In this document: positions 37,748 to 49,200 of the stretch, in pieces
Layout of the letters: every line of letters begins with the position of its first letter
How positions within the stretch are numbered: the stretch's first letter is position 1
NCBI GenBank assembly: GCA_964057225.1
Contig: OZ059895.1
Span: 11,780,001 to 11,844,000, forward strand
Direction: 5' to 3'
DNA: 64,000 bases
Source of the DNA: Auanema rhodensis
Taxonomy: Eukaryota > Animalia > Nematoda
Notes under the pieces: generated by a model
The model's input: the letters and a program-made list of their open reading frames with translations, nothing else
Told to the model about the DNA's origin: nothing
Database searches by the model: none
Position numbers and translations under genes: made by a program

Positions 37748-38323
37748 GAAAATAAGATTGAAGATAATTTGTTGCCTTGAGTTGAGCTATCTAGGTAAAA
37801 CTGCTTGAAAATTGAAAACATTTGTTAAAGAAGAAATAAAATTGAAAATCAGCCGCACGTCGTACTTTACACCCAGGATTCCCAAGCCGCACGGCGTACT
37901 TTACACCCAGGATTCCCAAGCCGCACGGCGTACTTTACACTCAGGATTCCCAAGCCGTCATAAAGGTTCGTTAACTACCGGTTTATAACTGTAATATAGA
38001 AATAAGATTGAAGATAATTTGTTGCCTTGAGTTGAGCTATCTAGGTAAAACTGCTTGAAAATTGGAAACATTTGTTAAAGAAGAAATAAAATTGAAAATC
38101 AGCCGCACGGCGTACTTTACACTCAGGATTCCCAAGCCGCACGGCGTACTCTACACTCAGGATTCCCAAGCCGTCATAAAAGTTCGTTAACTACCGGTTT
38201 ATAACTGTAATATAGAAATAAGATTGAAGATAATTTGTTGCCTTGGGTTGAGCTATCTAAGTAAAACTGCTTGAAAATTGAAAACATTTGTTACGGAAAT
38301 GTTAAGAAATAAAATTGAAAATC
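37748..38323 (-). repeat. Orphan, inverted variant of satellite 1 (about 2.5 units of 250/216 bp) with a 34-bp internal subrepeat
   Basis: aataagattgaagataatttg at 37751, 38001 and 38217 is the reverse complement of the satellite-1 core. agccgcacggcgtactttacac(c/t)caggattccca occurs 3x, then 2x. Confidence 0.92.
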
Positions 38324-39273
38324 ACTGTAGGAAAGAAATTCTGATTAAGAAAGGAACATATCTTCAAGGTTATAAAGTTAAAAACTGAATCTTAACAGCA
38401 TTAACATTTTATGATCAAAACTGTCGTACACAAAGTTCATTCTTTTCGTGTATTGTTGGAGTAAAAAATACACCACCATTAAGTTTTGCCAAGATAAATT
38501 AGATATGAAATCTTGCCAGACCGCTGTTGATTAAAACAATTATATGATGGAAATTTGTGCATTCAGCATCTTGAAGCATTCCATGAAGATTGGAGGTCCA
38601 AATATGACAGTGGAAATTGTTGAAACGTTAGTTTCACGTAGGAAATTCAATGTAGTAAGGGTAAGACCAGCTCAATGGGTTTTTGGGGGAGTATGTAGGG
38701 AAACAGAAGAGTATTTTTTATATGCTGTTCCTGATAGAACTACAGAAACCTTGAACAGCTGCATTACTAATTGTACAGAGCCACAAAGTACAATAGTTAG
38801 TGATTGCTGGAGAGCATATGGGGAAATTGATGGTCTTATCCAACAGTATAGACAACTGACAGTTAACCACAGATACAACTTCTCGGATCCAGAGACAGGA
38901 GCTATCACTCATATGATTGAATGACTTTGGAGCTTGGTTAAAACAAAATTCAAGCGCATGTATTGGGTACGTCAAATAATGCTAGATGGATACCTGTGCG
39001 AGTTTATGTGGCGTAGAAGAAATAGCAACAGGCAACTTCTTGAATGTATATTACAAGATATTGCTAAATTTACTCAAGAAGAAATTTGAAAAATGTTAAA
39101 TTGTATTAATCAAAGCTGTTAATGAATTAATAATAATAACTTTTGTGTTTATAATTTGGTTTTTTTGATGTTATATATTCTGGAAACCTCCTTGTCTCAT
39201 ATAGTTATCACATTTAACAAAAGTATGCACCAAAAGGAAAAAGGGGCGGGGCTGAAATCGGGGGGGGGGGGGG
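38323..39273 (+). mobile_element. Merlin (IS1016/ISXO2-like) transposon, 5'-truncated, decayed
   Basis: IGGPNMTVEI.ET, QWVFGG, VPDRTTETL, STIVSDCWRAY, TVNH..NF.DP.TGA, YLCEFMWRR, several stops, and a partial G-rich TIR at 39240-39273. Confidence 0.92.
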
Positions 39274-39359
39274 TTTAGAAGTTTCTAGAATTTTCGAAAT
39301 ATAACATAACTATTGATTTACTTGAGATTTACTTTTGATAAACAACTACAAAATTCGAA

Positions 39360-39542
39360 AAAGAAATTTTGATTAAGAAAGGAACATATCTTCAAGGTTA
39401 TAAAGTTAAAAACTGAATCTTAACAGCGTTAACATTTTATGCTCAAAACTGTCGTACACAAAGTTCATTCTTTTCGTGTATTGTTGGAGTAAAGAATACA
39501 CCACCATTAAGTTTTGTCAAGATGAATTAGATATGAAATCTT
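39360..39542 (+). mobile_element. Third short Merlin transposase fragment
   Basis: Repeats about 38332-38513 (aagaaatt(c/t)tgattaagaaagg...gatatgaaatctt). Confidence 0.85.
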
Positions 39543-39685
39543 CGCTTTTTTTGTCATAGTTATTATTTTAAAAATTAGATAACAATTTAAAAAAGTATTA
39601 AAAAAAAAGCTTTTATATTGACTCATGTTCACATAGGGAGTAGGTTCTGTTTCAGCGTTTAGTGGTTGATGTCTACGAACTTCAT

Positions 39686-40930
39686 TCATAGCTGGACCTT
39701 CGATCCATCCAGGTTGTTCTTTTTGTGCATGGGATCTTTGAATTCAATGGATTCTATTTCGAAATGTACGATCTTGAGTTCATCGAACATAAAGAACTCT
39801 TTTTTGAGGGAACTTACAGTAATCGTATCGTTTAGAAACCATTGATCAATTTCGAAAATTCTCACAAAAAGTATCTTAGTTGCTACAATTTGCACTGAAC
39901 TAAATTTCACATTAAGACGGCAATGACCATCATTTGTGAGTAATAAAAGTTGTTTGCCTGTCATATAACCTCTACCACCGAAGCTTACCACTTCATCAAT
40001 GTTGATTTTTTTTGTTTTTGTATCCTAAGGTAATGAAGCCTGATTTAAACTTTTCTAAGACTAACCTTGGAAATAAGTGGTACAGTCTGCGCTACAAAAG
40101 TATGTGGAGTCTTTTGCCAGAAAGTTTTTGGCGAACCAACTCTTTCCCATTCGAGAAAGTCCGAAAAGGACATAAACACGGACACCAACTTGATCAATTT
40201 GAGGACTATCAACTTTTTTTGCAACTTTCGATAATTCGGTCATATGTTTGATAGTCATAGTATAATTTGCGTAGAGGCTTCTATTGATTGACCGATTCGA
40301 TTACGTGATTCTGTCAATAAGGTATTCAAACCAAAGAACATTAACGTCAGATAGATGTGGACCCAAATCTGAATTCCAATCGATGATTTCATATCATTTT
40401 AAAAATTTTTAAATTCACTATTTTTTTTCAATTGGGAGGTAATAATTTTCTGAACATGTTCAAGCATTTACTCGAATCAATGGTTTCTATTCTGATAGGA
40501 AATGCACCCAACGTTTCAAATTGTTGGCGAAAACAGAGTAATGGAGTTGGGCTTGTCCAACCGAAAATAAGCTATATAAGCAAAACTGTTTTAGACGTTC
40601 TGAATATTTCTCTAAACTTACATGTATAGAAAGTTTGGTTTTATCTGTAATGATTTTAATAAAACACTCAATTGTTCTAAAGTTGATATTGTTTTGAAGA
40701 TTCTGTTCACAGTAGACAAGATAAGTAGACAGTCTCTCTGAATTTCTGATCGCTACTTCAAAAACACCGTAGAAACAATTGCACTGCCTGTCTTATTTGA
40801 AGATCTCAACTCATTCTTCGAAAAGTACTATTAATTAAAAATAAAAAAAATTACATCTCTGCCTTCAACTATCAGATCAACAAAATGTTTCATTGATATA
40901 GGATCATGCTTCGTCCAGCAGTTAAACTTT
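39686..40930 (-). pseudogene. Degenerate intron-containing host-like gene
   Basis: Broken minus-strand ORFs (39686-39991, 40061-40258), coding-like composition and GT..AG-type AT-rich gaps near 40830-40855 and 40400-40470. Family not recognised. Confidence 0.35.
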
Positions 40931-41192
40931 TATTTTCAAAGAAAGTTCAAGTTCAATAAAAAAAAAACAAAAAATATTTGTGGTTCTCATTCCGTTGTTC
41001 AAATGTTTTAGAATTTTTTCGAATGTTCTGGAATGTTTTAGAATGGAATAGAATGAAAAAAAAATGTTCCCTTTATTAATTTCACAATGTTCAATCAGTA
41101 GTTATATGATGAATTTTGTAGTTGTTTATCAAAAGTAAATCTCAAGTAAATCAATAGTCATGTTATATTTCGAAAATTCTTGAAAGTTCTAG

Positions 41193-42566
41193 GGCGCTTT
41201 TTCCATATCTATACCCCCCCCCCGATTTCAGCCCCGCCCCTTTTCCCTTTTGGTGCATACTTTTGTTAAATGTGATAACTATATGAGACACGGAGGTTTC
41301 CAGAATATATAACAACAAAAAAACCAAATTATAAACACAAAAGTTATTATTATTGATTCATTAACAGCTTTGATTAATACAATTTAACATTTTTCAAATT
41401 TCTTCTTGAGTAAATTCATCAATATCTTGTAATATACATTCAAAAAAGTCCCTGTTGCTATTACTGCTACGCCGCATAAACTCACATAGGTATCCATCTA
41501 GCATTATTTGACCTACCCCTTACATGCGCTTGAATTTTGTTTTAACCAAGCTCCAAAGTCATTCAATCATATAAGTGTTAGCTCCTGTCACTGGATCCGT
41601 GAAGTTGTATCTGTGGTTAACTGTCAGATGTCGATACTGTTGGATAAGACCATCAATTCCCTCGTGGCTCTATACAGTTAGTAATGCAGCTGTTAAAAGT
41701 TTCTGTAGTTCTATCAGGAACAGCATATAAAAAATACTCTTCTGTTTCCTTACATACTTCCCCGAAAACCCATTGAGCTGGTCTTACCCTTCCCACATTG
41801 AACTTCCTACGTGAAACTAACGTTTCATCAATTTCCACTGTCATATTTGGACCCCCAATTTTCATAGGATGTTTCAAGATGCTGAATGGACAAATTTCCC
41901 TCATATAATTGTTGTAATCAACAGCGGTCTGGCAAGATTTCATATCTAATTCATCTTGGCAAAACTTAATGGTGGTGTATTCTTCACTCTAACCATACAC
42001 GAAAAGAATGAACTTTGTGTACGACAGTTTTCAGCATAAAATGTTAATCCTGTTCAGTTTTTAACTTTATAACCTTGAAGATATGTTCCTTTCTTAATCA
42101 AAATTTTTTTTCTACAGTCCTTTTAGGTGCATTTCCACTTATTTCGAGCAACAGAAATGTTCATTTGTCTTGCGCATCGATCACACTCCTTAGTTTGAGG
42201 AATTATTCTTTTCTCTTGCAAAAATGTACTGCATCGGCTTCAGTACGGAGTCTTTCTTCATAAATATTTTGAGGAAATACGGTTGGTAACGCAGATGCAA
42301 TGATAAATGAAAATTCAGTTTTCAATATCATGATATATTCCATTTTTATTGTTGTAATTATAACCAATTACAATGTATTACACGCTTTTTAAAATCATGG
42401 TTTCCGTGTTGAAATATTATAAGCCCATTGGGGGGGGGGGGGAATCCTTCCCAAACCCCCCGTTTTAGGAAGGAAAGTAAGCTGGTAGTAAAAGTATGCG
42501 CTCGACGGCAAAAGGGGCGGTGCTAAAATTAGGGGGGAAGGGGGGTATAAATATAGAAAAAGAGCC
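41193..42566 (-). mobile_element. Merlin transposon with both termini (about 1.37 kb), decayed transposase
   Basis: About 55-bp imperfect TIRs: ggcgctttttccatatctatacccc...gcccctttt versus aaaaggggcggtgc...gggtataaatatagaaaaagagcc. Flanks agttctag/cattctag look like a degraded 8-bp TSD. Coding: CDRC..M..KWKC..DC zinc ribbon, VEIDET, WVFG, EFMRR. Confidence 0.88.
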
Positions 42567-42990
42567 CATTCTAGAACAATCTTAAACAATCTATTTTATT
42601 CTAGAACATTCCAGAACATTTCAGAAGTTTCGAAATTGAACATATTAAAATTTTCTAAAACGTTCCAGAAATTTTAATAGATCAATCTGGAACATTATAA
42701 TATGTTTTGAAAGGCTATCACGTGACTTCTGAAATGTATGAACTTTTCTTTTTCTAGAATGTTCTGATTCTAGAATGTTCTGAAATGTTCTAGAATGTTC
42801 TAGAAATTTCTAGAATTATTTTAGAATTTTCTAGAATAAAATAGAATGTTTTAGATTGTTCTAGAATGTTTTAGAATGTTATAGAATGAATTTTGTAGTT
42901 GTTTATCAAAAATAAGTCTTAAGTGAATCAATAGTCATGTTCTATTTCGAAATTTCTGGAAATTCTAGAACAATCGATAGTTTTCCAGAA
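42567..42990. promoter_or_regulatory. TTCTAGAA minisatellite forming tandem heat-shock-element-like (nGAAnnTTCn) arrays
   Basis: For example 42781-42837 gaaatgttctagaatgttctagaaatttctagaa..., with 10-bp periodicity. Smaller clusters at about 41020-41055 and 39275-39300. Confidence 0.65.
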
Positions 42991-43148
42991 ATTCTCACCA
43001 TAAATGTATATAAGAGAAGGGTTGAGAAAATAAACTCACATGTTTATAATTGATAATTAAATCTTTAACATGCAGCAGACATCAACTTCTCGCTTTCCAA
43101 GAAGTTACCTTATTGAGACTTTATTTCATTATATATTATAAATGTATA

Positions 43149-43275
43149 CAGTCCTGTGCAATGAAGGTTGCACACCCCGATGTTAGAGGCCCCGGAACAC
43201 CACTTCAAACTAAAAAAAAATCGAAAAAATTAATTTGGGTTTCAGGCTGAAGTATGTCTGTCGATGCCTCCCAGT
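43149..43275 (+). mobile_element. Probable Tc1-like terminal relic at the start of satellite 2
   Basis: TA|CAGTCCTGTGCAATGAAGGTTGCACACC start, plus an 18-bp identity (43258-43275) to the Tc1 relic at 35650-35667. Confidence 0.45.
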
Positions 43276-43279
43276 TAAC

Positions 43280-46200
43280 GTAACGTGTAACATCTCGCTC
43301 ATCCCAGAATAAACTGTTTGAAAAAATTAGGTTTTGTAAGCATATATCCATAGTAATCATGTTTTTCGGCGGGCTCAACTTGCTATTTCGTTTGATTTTA
43401 ATGAAAAATTTTATTATTTGTCCTAGAAATACGTGCAACATCTCATTCAACTCAAAATAAACTGTTTAATTATATAAATCAAGTTTGGTAAGCTAATATT
43501 TAAAGTAATCATGTTTTCCGGCGGGCTCTACTTGGTACTTCGTTTGATTTTTATGAAAAATTAAATATTTCAAAATTTTTATTTTTAACCCTAGAAATAC
43601 GTGCTATTTCTTATTCAAATCAGAATGAATTTTTTAATTATATAATCTAAGTTTTGTGAACATATAATCAAAGTAATCGTATTTTGCGGCGGGCTCAACA
43701 TGCTATTTCGTTTGATTTTTATGAAAAATAAAACATTCTAAAAATATTATTTCTTGTCTTAGAAGTACGTGCTACATCTCAACCAACTCAAAATCAGTTA
43801 ATTAAAAGGGTAAAACAAAATTTGTGAGCACAGAAGCACAATAATCATGTTTTCCGGCGGGCCAAATTTGCTGTTTTGTTCGATTTTTAAGAAAAATTAA
43901 ATAATCTATTATTTTTATTTTCAGTCTTAACGTTACGTGCAACATCTCATTCAACTCAAAATAAACTGTTTAATTATATAAATTAGGTTTTGTAAGTATA
44001 TATTCAAAGTAATCATGTTTTGCGGCGGACTCAACTTGCTATTTCGTTTGATTTTAATGAAAAATAAAACATTCTAAAAATTTTATTATTTGTCCTAGAA
44101 ATACGTGCAACATCTCATTCAACTCAAAATAAACTGTTTAAGTATATAAATTAAATTTTGTAAACATATAATCAAAGTAATCGTGTTTTGCGGCGGGCTC
44201 TACTTGGTACTTCGTTTGATTTTTATGAAAAATTAAATATTTCAAAATTTTTATTTTTAACCCTAGAAATACGTGCTATTTCTTATTCAAATCAGAATGA
44301 ATTTTTTAATTATATAATCTAAGTTTTGTGAACATATAATCAAAGTAATCGTATTTTGCGGCGGGCTCAACATGCTATTTCGTTTGATTTTTATGAAAAA
44401 TAAAACATTCTAAAAATATTATTTCTTGTCTTAGAAGTACGTGCTACATCTCAACCAACTCAAAATCAGTTAATTAAAAGGGTAAAACAAAATTTGTGAG
44501 CACAGAAGCACAATAATCATGTTTTCCGGCGGGCCAAATTTGCTGTTTTGTTCGATTTTTAAGAAAAATTAAATAATCTATTATTTTTATTTTCAGTCTT
44601 AACGTTACGTGCAACATCTCATTCAACTCAAAATAAACTGTTTAATTATATAAATTAGGTTTTGTAAGTATATATTCAAAGTAATCATGTTTTGCGGCGG
44701 ACTCAACTTGCTATTTCGTTTGATTTTAATGAAAAATAAAACATTCTAAAAATTTTATTATTTGTCCTAGAAATACGTGCAACATCTCATTCAACTCAAA
44801 ATAAACTGTTTAAGTATATAAATTAAATTTTGTAAACATATAATCAAAGTAATCGTGTTTTGCGGCGGGCTCTACTTGGTACTTCGTTTGATTTTTATGA
44901 AAAATTAAATATTTCAAAATTTTTATTTTTAACCCTAGAAATACGTGCTATTTCTTATTCAAATCAGAAGGAATTTTTTAATTATATAATCTAAGTTTTG
45001 TGAACATATAATCAAAGTAATCGTATTTTGCGGCGGGCTCAACATGCTATTTCGTTTGATTTTTATGAAAAATAAAACATTCTAAAAATATTATTTCTTG
45101 TCTTTGAAATACATGCTACATCTCAACCAACTCAACATCAGTTAATTAAAAAGGTAAAACAAAATTTGTAAGCACAGAAGCACAATAATCATGTTTTCCG
45201 GCAGGCTCTACTTGGTACTTCGTTCGATTTTTATGAAAAATTAAATATTTCAAATTTTTTATTTTTAGCCCTAGAAATACGTGCTATTTCTCATTCAAAT
45301 CAGAATGAATTTTTTAATTATATAATCTAAGTTTTGTGAACATATAATCAAAGTAATCGTATTTTGCGGCGGGCTCAACTTGCTATTTCGTTTGATTTTT
45401 ATGAAAAATAAAACATTCTAAAAATATTATTTCTTGTCTTAGAAGTACGTGCTACATCTCAACCAACTCAAAATCAGTTAATTAAAAGGGTAAAACAAAA
45501 TTTGTGAGCACAGAAGCACAATAATCATGTTTTCCGGCGGGCCAAATTTGCTGTTTTGTTCGATTTTTAAGAAAAATTAAATAATCTATTATTTTTATTT
45601 TCAGTCTTAACGTTACGTGCAACATCTCATTCAACTCAAAATAAACTGTTTAATTATATAAATTAGGTTTTGTAAGTATATATTCAAAGTAATCATGTTT
45701 TGCGGCGGACTCAACTTGCTATTTCGTTTGAGTTTAATGAAAAATAAAACATTCTAAAAATTTTATTATTTGTCCTAGAAATACGTGCAACATCTCATTC
45801 AACTCAAAATAAACTGTTTAAGTATATAAATTAAATTTTGTAAACATATAATCAAAGTAATCGTGTTTTGCGGCGGGCTCTACTTGGTACTTCGTTTGAT
45901 TTTTATGAAAAATTAAATATTTCAAAATTTTTATTTTTAACCCTAGAAATACGTGCTATTTCTTATTCAAATCAGAATGAATTTTTTAATTATATAATCT
46001 AAGTTTTGTGAACATATAATCAAAGTAATCGTATTTTGCGGCGGGCTCAACTTGCTATTTCGTTTGATTTTTATGTAAAATTAAATATTTATAAATTTTT
46101 ATTTTTAACCCTAGAAATACGTGCTATTTTTCATTCAAATCAGAATGAATTTTTTAATTATATAATCTAAGTTTTGTGAACATATAATCAAAGTAATCGT

Positions 46201-49200
46201 ATTTTGCGGCGGGCTCAACTTGCTATTTCGTTTGATTTTTATGTAAAATTAAATATTTATAAATTTTTATTTTTAGCACTAGAAATACGTGCTATTTTTC
46301 ATTCAAATCAGAATGAATTTTTTATTTATATAATCTAAGTTTTGTGAACATATAATCAAAGTAATCGTATTTTGCGGCGGGCTCAACTTGCTATTTCGTT
46401 TGATTTTTATGAAAAATAAAACATTCTAAAAATATTATTATTTGTTCTAGAAATACGTGCAACATCTCATTCAACTCAAAATAAACTGTTTAAGTATATA
46501 AATTAAATTTTGTAAACATATAATCAAAGTAATCGTGTTTTGCGGCGGGCTCTACTTGGTACTTCGTTTGATTTTTATGAAAAATTAAATATTTCAAAAT
46601 TTTTATTTTTAACCCTAGAAATACGTGCTATTTCTTATTCAAATCAGAAGGAATTTTTTAATTATATAATCTAAGTTTTGTGAACATATAATCAAAGTAA
46701 TCGTATTTTGCGGCGGGCTCAACATGCTATTTCGTTTGATTTTTATGAAAAATAAAACATTCTAAAAATATTATTTCTTGTCTTAGAAGTACGTGCTACA
46801 TCTCAACCAACTCAAAATCAGTTAATTAAAAGGGTAAAACAAAATTTGTGAGCACAGAAGCACAATAATCATGTTTTCCGGCGGGCCAAATTTGCTGTTT
46901 TGTTCGATTTTTAAGAAAAATTAAATAATCTATTATTTTTATTTTCAGTCTTAACGTTACGTGCAACATCTCATTCAACTCAAAATAAACTGTTTAATTA
47001 TATAAATTAGGTTTTGTAAGTATATATTCAAAGTAATCATGTTTTGCGGCGGACTCAACTTGCTATTTCGTTTGATTTTAATGAAAAATAAAACATTCTA
47101 AAAATTTTATTATTTGTCCTAGAAATACGTGCAACATCTCATTCAACTCAAAATAAACTGTTTAAGTATATAAATTAAATTTTGTAAACATATAATCAAA
47201 GTAATCGTGTTTTGCGGCGGGCTCTACTTGGTACTTCGTTTGATTTTTATGAAAAATTAAATATTTCAAAATTTTTATTTTTAACCCTAGAAATACGTGC
47301 TATTTCTTATTCAAATCAGAATGAATTTTTTAATTATATAATCTAAGTTTTGTGAACATATAATCAAAGTAATCGTATTTTGCGGCGGGCTCAACTTGCT
47401 ATTTCGTTTGATTTTTATGTAAAATTAAATATTTATAAATTTTTATTTTTAGCACTAGAAATACGTGCTATTTTTCATTCAAATCAGAATGAATTTTTTA
47501 TTTATATAATCTAAGTTTTGTGAACATATAATCAAAGTAATCGTATTTTGCGGCGGGCTCAACTTGCTATTTCGTTTGATTTTTATGTAAAATTAAATAT
47601 TTATAAATTTTTATTTTTAGCACTAGAAATACGTGCTATTTTTCATTCAAATCAGAATGAATTTTTTATTTATATAATCTAAGTTTTGTGAACATATAAT
47701 CAAAGTAATCGTATTTTGCGGCGGGCTCAACTTGCTATTTCGTTTGATTTTTATGAAAAATAAAACATTCTAAAAATATTATTTCTTGTCTTAGAAGTAC
47801 GTGCTACATCTCAACCAACTCCAAATAAACTGTTTAAGTATATAAATTAAGTTTTGTAAGCATATATTTAAAGTAATCATGTTTTGCGGCGGACTCAACT
47901 TGCTATTTCGTTTGATTTCAATGAAAAATAAAACATTCTCAAAATTTTATTATTTGTCCTAGAAATACGTGCAACATCTCATTCAACTCAAAATAAACTG
48001 TTTAAGTATATAAATTAAGTTTTGTAAGCATATATTTAAAGTAATCATGTTTTCCGGCGGGCTCTACTTGGTACTTCGTTTGATTTTTATGAAAAATTAA
48101 ATATTTCAAAATTTTTATTTTTAGCCCTAGAAATACGTGCTATTTCTCATTCAAATCAGAATGAATTTTTTAATTATATAATCTAAGTTTCGTGAACATA
48201 TAATCAAAGTAATCGTATTTTGCGGCGGGCTCAACTTGCTATTTCGTTTGATTTTTATGAAAAATAAAACATTCTAAAAATATTATTATTTGTTCTAGAA
48301 ATACGTGCAACATCTCATTCAACTCAAAATAAACTGTTTAAGTATATAAATTAAGTTTTGTAAGCATATATTTAAAGTAATCATGTTTTCCGGCGGGCTC
48401 TTCTTGGTACTTCGTTTGATTTTTATGAAAAATTAATTATTTCAAAATTTTTATTTTTAGCCCTAGAAATACGTGCTATTTCTTATTCAAATCAGAAGGA
48501 ATTTTTCAATTATATAATCTAAGTTTTGTGAACATATAATCAAAGTAATCGTATTTTGCGGCGGGCTCAACATGCTATTTCGTTTGATTTTTATGAAAAA
48601 TAAAACATTCTAAAAATATTATTTCTTGTCTTTGAAATACATGCTACATTATTTTTAACCCTAGAAATACGTGCTATTTTTCATTCAAATCAGAATGAAT
48701 TTTTTAATTATATAATCTAAGTTTTGTGAACATATAATCAAAGTAATCGTATTTTGCGGCGGGCTCAACTTGCTATTTCGTTTGATTTTTATGTAAAATT
48801 AAATATTTATAAATTTTTATTTTTAGCACTAGAAATACGTGCTATTTTTCATTCAAATCAGAATGAATTTTTTATTTATATAATCTAAGTTTTGTGAACA
48901 TATAATCAAAGTAATCGTATTTTGCGGCGGGCTCAACTTGCTATTTCGTTTGATTTTTATGAAAAATAAAACATTCTAAAAATATTATTATTTGTTCTAG
49001 AAATACGTGCAACATCTCATTCAACTCAAAATAAACTGTTTAAGTATATAAATTAAATTTTGTAAACATATAATCAAAGTAATCGTGTTTTGCGGCGGGC
49101 TCTACTTGGTACTTCGTTTGATTTTTATGAAAAATTAAATATTTCAAAATTTTTATTTTTAACCCTAGAAATACGTGCTATTTCTTATTCAAATCAGAAG

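Noticed and set aside
37851-38175. 34-bp repeats as a CRISPR array
   Set aside because: The units are directly adjacent with no unique spacers, no cas genes are present, and the context is eukaryotic.
38323-38332. cactgta as a Tc1 right terminus
   Set aside because: It aligns with the Merlin zinc-ribbon coding sequence (DCRK in the 42110 copy), so it is a truncation point.
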